In this document: piece by piece, positions 38,525 to 51,774 of the stretch | Position numbering within the stretch: the first letter of the stretch is position 1 | Layout: each line of letters begins with the position of its first letter | Source: Eledone cirrhosa | Lineage: Eukaryota | DNA length: 64,000 nt | NCBI GenBank assembly: GCA_964016885.1 | Contig: OZ024747.1 | Coordinates: forward strand, 49,724,001 to 49,788,000 | Reading direction: 5' to 3' | The notes under the pieces: model-generated | What the model was told of the DNA's origin: nothing | Databases searched by the model: none | The model's input: the letters and a program-made list of their open reading frames with translations, nothing else | Translations under genes and position numbers: made by a program

Positions 38525-38925
38525 CCTGGGTGTCATGTTGTGTCCTTGAGCAAGACACTTTATTTTACGTTATTTCAGTTCACAGTATCCTTGAACAAGA
38601 CACTTCATTTCACGTTGTTTCAGTCTACTGTGTCCTTGAACAAGACACTTTATTTCATGTTGTTTCAGTCTACTGTGTCCTTGAACAAGACACTTTATTT
38701 CATGTTGTTTCAGTCTACTGTGTCCTTGAACAAGATACTTTATTTGTTTCAGTCCACTCAGTTGACAAAATTGTGTTACACCTGTAATTTAAAGGACCAG
38801 CCTTGTCATACACTGAATCTCCCTGAGAATTACATTAAGGGTACACATGTCTGTGGAATGCTCAGCCACTTACACATTAATTTCATGTACAAGCTGTTTC
38901 ATTGATTAAACAGCTGGAACATTTG
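38525..38925 (+). mobile_element. SINE with an internal 45-bp unit amplified about 5x
   Basis: tgtgtccttgaacaagacactttatttcatgttgtttcagtctac repeated across 38538-38757, followed by a distinct 3' body. Confidence 0.8.
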
Positions 38926-39149
38926 TCCAATGCAGCAGTTAATCTCATGATTTAATGACTTTGCCAATTCTCTGCCTTAATAAAGACACAGCTATGGTTG
39001 CATGTGTGGTTAACAAGTTTATTCTGTAACCACAGAGTTTTGGGTTCAGTCCTGTTGCACAGCACCTACTATAATCTTAGTTTCACCAATGCCTTATGCA
39101 TGAAATTTGGTACTTGAAAACTCTGTAGAAGGCCATTGTATATATATAC

Positions 39150-41419
39150 TTAGCTAGAAGGGAAGCGGAGGATAGAAAATTCAAGCATGTTTTGCAACAT
39201 GAGGACCAGAAACAGGAGGTATTCAAGATTGCAAGGCAGTGTGTCAGAGATAATTGTGATGTCATTGGAGAGGAGTGTATCCAGAATGATAAAGGTGAGC
39301 TTACCCTCACAAGTGCTGAGAAGAAAGATGCGTGGAAGAGCCATTATGAAAGATTACTAAATGAGGAGAATGCATGGGAAAAAGAAATCCCACCCCAAGT
39401 GGACCCTATAGAGGGGCTAGCAGTACAAGTCAGCAGCAGCGTTGTAAGTAAAGCAATCAAAGATATGAAGATGGGGAAGGCAACTGGTCCAGCCGGTATA
39501 GTTGCCGAGATGCTGAAGGCATCTGGGTCTGTAGGTCACACTATAACCACACGTATTGTTAATCAGGTAATGCTAGAGGGTGTCATACCAAACGATTGGT
39601 GCAGCAGCATCATTGTCAACTGCTACAAAGGTAAAGGTGATGCACTAGATAGAGGAAACTATAGAGGTATAAAGCTGAAGGACCAGGTCAGGAAAGTAAT
39701 GGAAAGAGTTATAGCATAGTTGATTAGGGACCGGGTAAAACTAGATGAGATGCAATTTGTGTTTCTGCCAGGAAAAGGCACCACTGATGCCCTCTTCTTT
39801 GTGAGGCAGTTACAGGAAAAGTACCTAGCTAAAAGTAAGCCGCTCTACCTGGCATTCATCGATCTGGAAAAAACCTTCGACAGAGTGCCCCGTGCTATAA
39901 TCTGGTGGGGTTTTAGAAAACAAGGAGTAGATGAATGGCTTGTGAAAGCTATACAGCCATGTATAGGGGAACAGTCAGCAAAGTTAGGGCTAACAATGAC
40001 TATAGCCGGGATTTTAGCATACAGGTCGGTGTCCACCAGGGCTCTGTTCTTAGCCCTATCCTGTTTATTATAGTATTGCAGGATATAATGGAGGAGTTTA
40101 AGACCAGATGCCCATGGAAACTCCCATATGCAAATGATCTCACACTTATAGCCGAATCTATGGTGGAACTAGAGAAGAAATTCCAAACATGGAAGCAGGG
40201 ACTAGAAAGAAAGGGTCTCAAAGTCAACCTGACAAAGACTAAGGTCTTCCTAAGTAGATGAGAAAACAGAACCCAGATCTCCTCAGGGAAATGGCCTTGC
40301 TCAGTATGTAGGAAAGGTGTAGGTAGGAACTCCACCCTCTGCGCCAGATGCAAACAATGGGTACACATGAGATGTAGTGGGATCTCAGGAAGCTTAACTA
40401 AGAATGTAAGCTTCACATGTAGCAGCTGTGCTGAGACAGCAAGCAGCAAATGGCCACAGGAAACAAGCACCAGCAGACTCTGGGAGGGCTCTGTAGAAAC
40501 AGTAGACAGCTTCTGCTACCTAGGTGACCGAATTAGCAGTGGAGGTGGGTGTTTGGAAAGTACAATAACTAGGGTGAGAATGGGATGGAAGAAGTTCAGG
40601 GAGCTACTGCCACTGCTAGCTGCAAAAGGCTTTTCCCTCAAACTGAAAGGCAGACTGTATGATGCGTGTATATGAACAGCAATGTTACATGGTAGTGAGA
40701 CCTGGGTATTGTCTGTAGAAAACTTGCACAGATTAGAAAGAAACGAAGCTTGCATGCTCTGATGGATGTGTAATAGTAATATACGCGAACGGCAAAGCAT
40801 AAACGAATTGAGAGAGAGACTGAGCATAAGAGGAATCAAATGCTGTGTGCAGGAGAGGATATTGCATTGGTATGAACATGTGATGCGTATGAAGGATGAC
40901 AGCTGCATAAAAAGGTGTAGAGCACTAGAAGTCGATGGAAGCCGCGGAGTGGGGAGACCCAAGAAGACCTGGGATAAGATGATAAAAGCCAACCTTACCC
41001 AATTGCACCTCTCAAAGGTGATGACACAGGACCGTGACCTCTGGCGTCATGCAGTAATACAGAAGACCCGACTTCCCACGGGTACAAGCCAAAGCTGAAG
41101 CATATAGACAATATGTCCCCACCACCTCCCACTGCAAGGTGGTCGTGGAGGTCCCACGGCAAAAAAGCACCCAGCCCACACTGTAAAGTGGACGTGTAGG
41201 CGCCACGGAATGGAAAAAAGCATCCAGCACTCACTGTAAATGAGGCTGGTGTTAGGAAGGGCATCCAACTGTAGAAATCAAGCCAGAATCAGTTCCCATT
41301 TGAGCAAGATAAAGTCAGCCGACTGGACACTGCCCACAACAGAACAACCCATCTAACCCATGCTAGCATGAAAGAACGGATGTAAAACGGTGATGATGAT
41401 GATGATGATGATGATGATA
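39150..41419 (+). mobile_element. RTE subfamily A, 5'-truncated
   Basis: ORFs 39192-41098 cover the RT (YANDL variant), PHD-like finger and C-terminus; 3'UTR and (GAT)n tail. Confidence 0.95.
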
Positions 41420-41482
41420 TATATATGCAAAAGGCAAACAGAAATAACAAAACAAATAACAGAGTACAAGGAAGAAATATAT

Positions 41483-41538
41483 CATTAGTTTTACGCTTAA
41501 CATTTCGGATGCTAGTCCTTCATCAGAAAATAGAATGA
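41483..41538 (-). ncRNA. Minimal hammerhead ribozyme-like motif
   Basis: Minus strand: cattctatttt-CTGATGA-a gga ctagca tcc-GAAA-tgttaagcg-TA-aaactaatg; stem I is weak. Confidence 0.6.
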
Positions 41539-41599
41539 GAAATTAAAGAAGAAATAGAAAGATTAAGGAGACAGACAGTGGTTGATATACATATATATA

Positions 41600-41746
41600 T
41601 GCTACGCCAGCCTCTCTTCTGGTTCCTTCATCTCTTTCTTTCCAGAAGAATGTATATTCTCCACAAAATTCTGTAAGATGACCATCTCCAACTAAACTCA
41701 TCTCGGATAAAGCCACGATGTCAAGATCATAACGACGAAGCTCCTT
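41600..41746 (-). mobile_element. Local duplicate of part of the BovB-like endonuclease fragment
   Basis: Near-identical to 42469-42613; flanked by (TA)n on both sides. Confidence 0.85.
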
Positions 41747-41876
41747 GTATATATATATATATATGCATATGCATGTGTGTCTGTGTGTGTGATTGTACAC
41801 ACCTTACCATTTGCAGACTTCACCACCTTCCCCTACCAACAAAAAATATATAATAAATACCACCATATTACATTGA

Positions 41877-42010
41877 CAGTCGGCTTTCATGATTTCCTTC
41901 AAATGAAACAGTTCTAATCCAGTAGAAGCCATTTCTATATTAAATATTTATACTCTGCTATGTATTGAGTACCTTACTTACTGTGGTTACCCCAATTGAA
42001 CCCAGGATAC
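41877..42010 (+). mobile_element. Degenerate copy of the hammerhead-bearing element family of 25250-25400
   Basis: cagtcggcttt-catga..tgaaacagttctaatccagtagaagcc..gagtaccttacttactgtggttacccc; the CTGATGA core is damaged. Confidence 0.8.
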
Positions 42011-42042
42011 ATATATAAATATATATATATATATATAAAGAT

Positions 42043-42830
42043 GTCATTCCTTAGATGCAGGATGCATCCATGTGATCTTAAATTTGTTCTTTTGCTGGAA
42101 CATGGTGTTGGTAACAAACAGATCCAGCTCCTCACACATCTGCAGCAGGAGCATACCATTGTTGTTACACTTTCCCACCCCATGCCTTCCGATTGCATTC
42201 CATGTGTTAAAATCCCTACCCACTCTAGCATTAAAGTCAGTAAGCATTATGACCTTGTTTACCTGAGGAATATTTCTTAAAACACCTTTCAAGGCATGGT
42301 AGAAAGACACTTTTTCTTTATCAACAGAATTCATAGTTGGAGCATACACACTCACCAGGGTTGCATATCTTCCTTTGTCCAGCGGAATTCTCATGGACAT
42401 AAGATGCTCACTAATCCCCACTGGGAATTCTTCTAATTTATCCACAAGAGTAGTCTTAACAGCAAATTCTACGCCAGCCTCTCTTCTGGTTCCTTCATCT
42501 CTTCCTTTGCAGAAGAATGTATATTCTCCACAAAATTCTGTAAGATGACCATCTCCAACTAAACTCATCTTGGATAAAGCCACGATGTCAAGATCGTAAC
42601 GACGAAGCTCCTTTGCAACAAGAGGTGTCCTTCGTTCAGGACGTTCAAAGGAATCTCTGTCAAGCAGTGTCCGTACATTCCAGCAGCCAATATTAAATGC
42701 CTTGTTTGGCTCTATTACAGTGGCACAATGACGAGCGGGCTCAGGCTGCAATACCATGGGGGCTCTGGCCCTTATTGCCAACTATCTCTTTTATATTGTT
42801 TTGGAACATCATTGAATTGGCTGCTTTTTA
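42043..42830 (-). mobile_element. BovB-like RTE 5' region (APE endonuclease)
   Basis: Encodes NIGCWNVRTLLD..RPERRTPLVAKELRRYDLDIVALS..SVYAPT..DFNARVG..TWMHP. Confidence 0.92.
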
Positions 42831-42969
42831 AGGCTACAGCCAACAATTCATTAGAAAAAAAAAGTAATAATAATAATAATAATTGTTTCTACTTTTTGGC
42901 ACAAGGCGAGCAATTACCCAGTGCATTACTGGTACTTTATTTTATCGACCCTGTAAGGATGAAAGGCAA

Positions 42970-45235
42970 AAACCTTTTTCTCGTGTCGAAAACCACACAA
43001 AAGACCATGGCCACCCTGACCACCAGGACAAGCACCCTCTCTCAGGTTTTCCACTTCTTAGTTTATAGTTGCATACTCAGAGCGGCCCCGTTCACTCGGA
43101 CCAGACTCGCCACTTTCACCCACCTTTCAACAAACTTGCTAGAAGACAGCACTTGCCTCTCCATCTTGATTTTCCTCTTCAAGCGAAACTTGAAAAAGTT
43201 AATCAGAGATTGGCCGGAGAGGAAAGTGTCCATCTTCAACCCTTTCAACCTTGTCCACCACACAATCTCTTTCACCATGGCCACCAGGCAGATAAAAACT
43301 GCCTGCCCTTTTTCCTCTTCGATAACCGGATCCGTCCTACATGCGACAGCAGCTGATCGACATAGCTCCACAAGTCGGGCACTGAATGAGTGCGTGTAGG
43401 ACGGTTTCGTCGTCCTGCGTGCATCTCGGACAGGCTCAGCTGACAGCACCTCCATGCCTGTAGAGCTTATCCCGAACCAGCAACACTCCCTAGTAGCACT
43501 CCCAGGCCAGGGATTTCTGGAAGTTGTCCATAGGCCCCGGGCTGAAAGTTCTCTTGAAGAGAGTGAACAGTTGATCGTCTTCGATGCCCAGGGTTTCCCT
43601 GAGAACACCGTCGCTCTTTCCCTCCACTAGTCTTCTATAGAACGTCGAGGTGGATGTTCCACCGATACTAGTGCCCAGCTGGTAGAGGGCGGTGAGCACT
43701 TGGAGACATTCCAGCTTCCAAGTGCTATCTCTTGGTCTTTTCCTGATCCAGGACTGCAGCTCCGTCAAGGAGACGAGCTGGGGAAAAGTACGTCTGGCAA
43801 AAGGCGACCACACCTGTTCACCGTCAAGAAAGCACCAGAGATGTTGCAGCCTCAGCGCATGTTTGCGCATCAACAACCATGGCATGCCTAGTCCTCCACG
43901 CAATGGGTGTTGACAGCAAATGGATCGTCTGACCATGGGAGCATGTCCCTTCCACAAAAAGCGGAAGAGAAGGCGCTCCATTTTGGTCAGAGTTGGGTGG
44001 GGGCAAGGTACGATGGTCAGGAGGTAACAGATGACGGACGCGATGTACGCATTCGCCACCTCCGCCTGACCTTTCAGAGACAGCCTCCTCTCGGCCCATT
44101 TCTGGGTGAGAGAGGCCACCCTACTCATCACCTCGTTCCAGTTTATCTCCATCTGGATGTCTGGACCGAACCAGACCCCGACCAATTTAACCGGTCCTTC
44201 CATCCAGCGCCCCACGATGCTATCGAACGGCATGGACTTACCTCTCCAGGTGCCGAGTTGCAAGCCCACCGACTTTTCCTGGTTTATCTTTTCTCCTGTC
44301 ACCGTATTCCTTGAGAGCGGTGCCGAGCATCTGGACGTGTTTGGTGCTCGACACCACCACAGTGACGTTGTCGGTGTAAGCTGACACGGATCTCCCGCAT
44401 CCCAGTTCATGTGGGACCCCCCTCAGCGTTTCCAATGTGTGCAGTAATGGCTCGAGGGCCAGTACGTACAAGAGGGACTAGAGGGGGCAACACTGGCTGA
44501 CCGAGCGCATGATGCTGAAAGGCTGCGACAGGTGACAATTCACCCTCACAATCGAGAAGATGTTGCTGTGCATCACAGCAATCCATCCCCTAAAAACGGC
44601 CCCGAAACCGGCTGCCTCGAGGACCGCAGCCAGGTACTGATGGTCAACCCTATCAAATTCCTTAGATTGATCCCAGTTGATCAGGACCCCACCTGTGCCA
44701 GATTCCTTAACCACCCTCTCTATGATGTATCGGATGAGGTGGAGGTTGTCGTGGATGGATCTGTCTGGTATGGTGCATGTCTGCACCTCTCCCACCAGAT
44801 CACTGACAACACGCGTCAATCTCATTGCTAACACCTTGGCCAAAATCTTGAAATCTGCGTTTAACAGAGTTATGGGCCTGAAGTTGTCTATAACGTCCCC
44901 CTTGTTCGGGTATTTTCTCAACAGCGCCACCGCTCTTTGGCTCACAAAACTGGGAATGCTCCTGTTCTGCTGCCAGTTGTAGTAGACATCTGTCAAGAGG
45001 TTGCCAAACAAGTCTGGCACGTACGCATAAAGCTTGTAGGGCAGACCATCCAAACTTGGCGATTTACCCCTCGTGCAGTCAGATATCGCTTCCTGTATTT
45101 CACCTGCTGTTATCGGCTTTTTGCAATACTGCGTTGTGGTCGTCGAGAGCTGTGGCAGTCCCTCGAGGTATGCACTGAAGTTCATACTCTGATCCGGCCC
45201 GCTGCCGCTCCTGAACAAACTGCTTGCATCAGTTG
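42970..45235 (-). mobile_element. Tx1/L1-clade LINE (RT plus C-terminus), 5'-truncated
   Basis: ORFs 44478-45272, 44238-44471, 43490-44410 and 43063-43608 encode KSPSLDGLP, NFRPITLLNADFKILAK, SAYTDNV and RRLSLKG. Confidence 0.93.
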
Positions 45236-45579
45236 TTGGCTGTCGAGACACTGCAACCTTCAAAACTTCCATGCTTGCTGAGATTCGCCAACACTACACC
45301 TGATATTCCCCCTCCATACACACACACACCTGTATATCATGACTCATACACTGTTCACTTTCCTGACATTTGTACATTAGTCTATGTACTCTGCATGCAT
45401 CTTTGATGAGTTGTAGTGCACTTGAGCACTGTATACAATAATTTCATTATTATTATTATTATCGAATACAGAAATTCCTATTTTTAAAACAACAATCAGA
45501 AAACACAAGATGTACTGAAGATTAATATTATGTATGTGTGTGTGTTGTATGTATGTGTGTGTATATATATATTGTTTAA

Positions 45580-46165
45580 AATCCCACTGAGGTTAACTTT
45601 GTCTTTCATCCTTCTGGTATCAATAAAATAAAGTACCAGTAATACATTGGGATCGATTTAATCAACTTTCCCCTACTTTTCAAATTGCTGGCCTTGTGCC
45701 TAAAGTAGAAACAATCATTATGGCCCTTTATGTTCTGAGTTCAAATCCTATTGAGGTTAGCTTTGCCATTCATCCTTATGTAGTCAATAAAATAAAGCAC
45801 CAGTAATGCCCTGGGGCCAATTTAATCGACTTTCCCATCTCCCCAAATTGCTGGTCTTGTGCCTATAGTACAAATCATTACGGCCCTTTATGGTCTGAGT
45901 TCAAATCCCGCCACGGTTAACTTTGCCTTTCATCCTTACGGGGTCGATAAAATAAAGTACCAGTAATACACTGGGATAATTGCTGGCCTTGTGCCAAATG
46001 TAGAAACAATTATTATTATTGTTATTTCCCTTTACGATCTGAGTTCAAATCCCGCCGAGGTTGACTTTGCCTTTCATCCTTACGGGGTCGATAAAATAAA
46101 GTACCAGTAATGCACTAGGTAATTGCTGGCCTTGTGCCTAAAGTAGAAACAATTATTGTTATTAT
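45580..46165 (+). repeat. Tandem array of about 4 SINE B-box/core units
   Basis: gagttcaaatcc..ctttgcctttcatcctt..taaaataaagtaccag..gctggccttgtgcc repeats at about 45580, 45730, 45890 and 46035. Confidence 0.88.
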
Positions 46166-46953
46166 TTATGAATATCCAAAAAGTATCCAATTCTTATTTA
46201 GACAGCCACAACTCAATGTAGACACATGTGATTATATTTTAGTTTATGTATCTAGTTTACCATTTATCAAGATACTGTGGTGCTTAATATTGAAACTATT
46301 TCTATATCAATTCATCTTCAGAAATCTTCCCCATCTACCTTTTCCTCTTTTCTTTCTCTTCAATATATTCTTAAATTTATTTCTTCCTTTCCATCACTTT
46401 TCTTCTTTCTTTTTCATTCCTTCTTTTAATGTTTTCTTCTATTCTTTGTTGTATTTCTTCTTCTTTTCTTTCTTAATTTCTCACTTTAATACTTCTCTCT
46501 CTCCCCCTATCCTTCTCTCATTCTTCCTTCCTTTCTTTATTTGCAGCCATCTTAAAACGTTGCACTTGAATGAGCCTTTAGCTGTTATGTTTATAATATA
46601 AAGTTGCACCTTCCTCTTGTAATCAATTTCACACTTCACTAAACTACATCTCTCCATCATCTTGTCACTACCTCACCAGTCGTCCCACCATAACCCCCCC
46701 CCCCCCCGTTCGGTCTTCAACAAGAAATGATGTGTAGCGACAGAGTGTGAGAGGGAGAAGTTATTATCCATTTCCCTTGAGGAACAAGATGTGCTAAAGA
46801 ACCCTTCAATGATTATTTTAAGTCTTATCAGATTGAGTCAACATCAGTTACCTTATCTTCCTATCTCTGATATATACAAGTATATTATGTTTTCCAACCA
46901 AGGATCTAAGGCCATGTTGGGGCATATATATACATTTAAAAAAATGTTTTCTA

Positions 46954-46992
<39 letters not shown>

Positions 46993-47022
46993 TCTATCTA
47001 TCTATATATATGACAGTATATA

Positions 47023-48300
47023 TATCATCATCATCATCATTTTACGTCCGCTCTTCCCTGCTCGCAAGGGTGGGACGGGTCTTATTCAGCGCAGCATCTC
47101 TCCACTCGTCACGGTCCTTCGTCATCTCCACCATGAGTTTCAACGATCTGGGGTCTGTTCTCACCACCTCCGCCCATGTTTTTCATGGTCTACTTCTACC
47201 ACGTCTTCCTTCAACTGGCATTTCCTGGCACTTCTTCACCCATCGGTCATCCTCCATGCGCATCACATGTCCATACCACCTCAGTCTCCTCTCTCGCACA
47301 CTACATTCTATCCCTCTCAGACACAGTTTCTCTCTCAACACATTCATGCTGGGTCGTTCACGCACATTTACACTGCACATCCAACGGAGCATGCTTGCCT
47401 CATTTCTCTCCAGCCATCGCATATCCTCTGCAGTTGCTGCCCATGTCTCACTACCATGCAGCATCGCGCTCCTCACACAGGCATCATACAACCAGCCTTT
47501 TGTACGCAGGGAGAAACCCTTCTTCGTCAGCAGAGGAAGCAGCTCCCTAAACTTCTTCCAACCTGTCCTTATTCTAGATACTATGGCCTCGGAACACCCT
47601 CCTCCCATGCTAATCTGATCTCCTAGGTACCGGAAGCTATCCACCACTTCTATAGCACCCTCCTGCATTTGAAAAATGTGTCTATCAATGCGACTTCTAC
47701 TGTCTAATTTCCCTGTACATCTACTGCATACATATTTCTCCCGACCTGTTAGTTTGCCTGCTATGCCGCTACATCTCTTGTGTACCCAGGATCTGCATTG
47801 TGTGCATTTTATAGAATTTATGCCAGTTCCTTTTCTGCATATTGAACATGGCCATTTCCCTGACGGAATCAGAGTTTTGTCCTCTTTTCTACTCATCAAC
47901 ACTTTTGTCTTAACTAGATTCACTCTCAGTCCTCTTGCTTCCAACTGCTGTTTCCATAGCCAGAATTTATTCTCTAGCTCCTCTACTGATTCTGCTATAA
48001 GAACCAGATCGTCAGCATAGAGAAGTTCCCATGGGTAGCCAGTCTTAAACTCCTCTGTTATGGCTTGGAGGACTATAATGAACAAGAGCGGGCTGAGGAC
48101 CGAACCTTGATGTACTCCTCACTAAACTCCATTCCTACCCTGACTTTACTGAGAGTACCTCTGTACAAAGTTTGCACTGTCCTCACAAGCCATTCCTCAA
48201 CACCTAGTTTCCTTAGGGACCACCAGATAACAGTTCGGGGTATCAAAGGCCTTCTCTAGGTCAACAAAGGCTAAGTATAGTGGCTTATTTTTCTCTAAGA
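47023..48300 (-). mobile_element. RTE subfamily B, 5'-truncated
   Basis: ORF 47183-48085 with LLYADDL and PHD-like finger; near-identical to 30918-32110; (GAT)n tail. Confidence 0.95.
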
Positions 48301-48302
48301 AC

Positions 48303-48340
<38 letters not shown>

Positions 48341-48600
48341 CTGCTCTGTAAAACAACCGATGTTATTACATTGAGCTATTTATCTTACTGGTAATAAGAT
48401 AGTAATTAATGACTATCTTTCACTATTTAGGGTTTGTATAAAAAAATATATAACCATAAAAGGTTTTATTACATACATAACCATAAATAGTATCCTTAAT
48501 ATATATATATATATATATATAAACTACTATTTCTACTGCCTCTCTATTTTTGTTCCTGTCCAATTTTTAACTATATATATATAGATATAGGTTGTATATA

Positions 48601-48787
48601 CAGTGAAATCCCGTTATAACAAAATTCTCGGGGTATAAAAAAAATTTGTTGTAACGAAAAATTCTTTATGATGAGATCAACCAAAACAAATTGAGCTTTT
48701 GTTTGTTACTACCTCGGGGATTGAAAAGAATTTCGTTATACTGAAAAATTTGTTATAATGGTATTTGTTATAACAGAACTTTACCAG
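48601..48787. mobile_element. pogo/Tigger-type (Tc1-mariner superfamily) MITE
   Basis: TA|CAGTGAAATCCCGTTATAAC ... GTTATAACAGAACTTTACCAG|TA: imperfect TIRs, TA flanks and internal gttataa repeats. Confidence 0.78.
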
Positions 48788-49047
48788 TATATATATATAT
48801 ATATATAGATATAGTTATCACTTATTTTTTTATCACTTATATTGTTTTGACCTGTTTAGCTTGATTTGGTTTTTGGCTTGGGTGGTTAATGCTTTCTTGA
48901 TCACCTTTTCAGTTTTGTATGGCTTCTTAATACATTGTTTAGCTCTGGTTTTAACTATTGAGCACTTTGCCACTATCATTTCTGATTTTTGCGTTTCGCT
49001 TCGCTTTTCCTGCCTGCCGAAAATGCGATTCTCGCTGAAACTTTATT

Positions 49048-49082
<35 letters not shown>

Positions 49083-49272
49083 GTTATTCCGGGTTGAATC
49101 GGAGGTAACCACAGTAAGTAAGGTATGCAATACATTGCAGAGTATAAAAGATTTAATATAGATGAGATTCTACAGGACTAGAACTGTTTCATTCTTTAGA
49201 AATCATCAGGATTCCTGATGATTTCTAAAGAATGAAGCAGTTCTAGTCCTGTAGAATCTCATCTATATTAAA
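49083..49272. mobile_element. Hammerhead-bearing element with an inverted duplication (121-bp palindrome)
   Basis: 49152-49211 and 49213-49272 are reverse complements (1 mismatch); each arm contains a CTGATGA..GAA(A/G)cag..ctgTA core. Confidence 0.85.
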
Positions 49273-49274
49273 AC

Positions 49275-49305
<31 letters not shown>

Positions 49306-49403
49306 ATAACAGAATCAGTTGTGTATGAGTAAGACATGAGCACCTGACCTAACATTGTCCACAATGCTAGCGTGGAAAATAGACATAAAACAGTGGTGAT
49401 GAT

Positions 49404-49594
49404 AATTGTTTCTACTTTAGGCACAAGGCCAGCAATTACCCAGTACATTACTGGTACTTTATTTTATCGACCCCCGTAAGGATGAAAGGCAAAGTTAACC
49501 TCAGCGGGATTTGAACTCAGACCATAAAGGACCGTAACTCTATGCTGCAAAGCATGGCGTCAGACCCTCTACCGATACTGCCAATCCACTGCTG
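49404..49594 (-). mobile_element. Full-length tRNA-derived SINE
   Basis: Minus strand has A-box-like tggcagtatcgg, B-box gttcaaatcc and core ctttgcctttcatccttacggggg. Confidence 0.85.
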
Positions 49595-49602
49595 ATATAT
49601 GA

Positions 49603-49641
<39 letters not shown>

Positions 49642-49644
<3 letters not shown>

Positions 49645-50346
49645 CATCATCATCACCGTTTTACGTCCGTTCTTCCATGCTAGCATGGGTTAGACGGGTT
49701 GTCCTGTTGTGGGCAGTGTCCGGTCGGTTGACCTTGTCTTGCTCATACGGGAACTAATTCTGGCTTGATTTCTACAGCTAGATGCCCTTCCTAACACCAA
49801 CCTCATTTACAGTGAGTGCGGGGTGCTTTTTTTACGTGGCGCCTACACGTCCACTTTACAGTGTGGGCTGGGTGCTTTTTTACTGTACCACCTCCACGAC
49901 CACTTTGCAGTGGGAGGGTGTGGGGGCATAATATCTATATGCTTCAGCTTCGGCTTGTACCCATGGGGGGTTGGGTCTTCTGTATTACTGCATGACGCCA
50001 GAAGTCATGGTCGTGTGTCATCGCCTTTGAGAGGTGTAATTGGGTAAGGTCGGCTTTTATCACCTCATACCAGGTCTTCTTGGGTCTCTATATATATATT
50101 GATAGTACCACAAAACATCCAGTCCACACTGTAGAGTGGTCATGTAAAGGACACACCAAAAACCACCAAGCACACACTGTAAATATGGTTGGCGTTAGGT
50201 AGGGCATCCAGCCACAGAAAACCAGCCAGAAACAGTCCTATATGAGCGAGACACGGTCACCCGACCCAACTTACCTCTAAATGGGACAAACCCGTCTAAC
50301 CCATGTTAGCATGGAAGATGGACATTAAACGATGATGGTGATGATA
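49642..50346. mobile_element. Two short RTE 3' fragments head-to-head (49642-50088 -, 50110-50346 +)
   Basis: Both are homologous to the RTE 3'UTRs above; (GAT)n tails point outward; a short (TA)n lies between them. Confidence 0.85.
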
Positions 50347-50623
50347 TCCATTTCTTTGTTCCATACCTGTTCTTCGTTCCTCTAGCCTGCATGATACCAT
50401 CTATCTAGTTCCTATCTTTTACATCAACACTCTCAGAACACTGAACTTTATTAATATGAAACAATATCACGTGAAGCAATTTTAAAATTGTGATAACTGA
50501 ATTTTCATATTTATGTTTCAAGTAAAATAGACTTCCAATCTAAACAATAACACTTTCTTACTGCTCTTAACATCTGTAGCAATCTCTTTTCTTTATCTCT
50601 TATATATATCATCATCATTGCAT

Positions 50624-50626
<3 letters not shown>

Positions 50627-50654
<28 letters not shown>

Positions 50655-50664
50655 ATGATAGAGG

Positions 50665-50702
<38 letters not shown>

Positions 50703-50737
50703 CAGAGATAGAAAGAGAGACAGATAGATAGAGAATG

Positions 50738-50771
<34 letters not shown>

Positions 50772-50975
50772 ATATATATATGTGTATATATATATGTGTA
50801 TATATATATATATATATAGAGAAAGAGATAGAGAGAGAAAAAGAGAGAGATATAGAGAGATAAAGAGCTAGAGAGAGACAGGTAGATAGAGAGAGAGAGG
50901 GAGAATGATACAGAGAGGGAGAGAGAGAGAGAGAGAGAGATACAGAGATAGAAAGAGAGACAGATAGATAGAGAA

Positions 50976-51037
<62 letters not shown>

Positions 51038-51151
51038 ATATATATATATATATGTGTATATATATATGTGTATATATATATATGTATATATATATATAGA
51101 GAGAGAAAAAGAGAGAGATATAGAGAGATAAAGAGCTAGAGAGAGACAGGT

Positions 51152-51187
<36 letters not shown>

Positions 51188-51460
51188 TCTATAGAAAAGT
51201 ATTATCTCAAAAATAGATTTGAATAAAAAGTAAAATTATCTGTCTATCTTTACTGATACACACACACACAAAGACACACACACGCACACACAGATACACA
51301 GACACACACAGACACAGATACACAGACACACACAGACACAGACAGACACACACAGACATACACACATATACAGGCATACACAGACACACGTACGAGCAGA
51401 CACACACACATACAGGCACACACATAGACATACACAGAAAGACATACACAGACACACACA
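50627..51460. repeat. Compound (GA)n/(TA)n/(CA)n microsatellites with a ~250-bp duplicated block
   Basis: tacagagatagaaagagagacagatagatagagaatgata occurs at 50701 and 50941. Confidence 0.92.
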
Positions 51461-51774
51461 CATTTTCATGTATAACTTACAATGAAGTGTTTTCTCAGTT
51501 AACACCAGCTCAATGCAATATCAAACACCTTGGTCTCTTGTGGAATGTATTTCTTTTGTTTTTGTAAAGTAAATATGAATTTGGTGCTCCAACATGGTCG
51601 TAGACTGAAACCAGCAAAAATAGTAAAAAGTAAAAGTGAGTTATATGACTGCGTGGTTAAAGAGTTCACTTCACAACCAAGTGATTCTGGGTTCAATCCT
51701 GTGGCTCCTTAGGCAAGTGTCTTCTACCATAGAAGATGAGCACTGCCTTGTAAGTGGAATTTGTTAGAGGGCTA

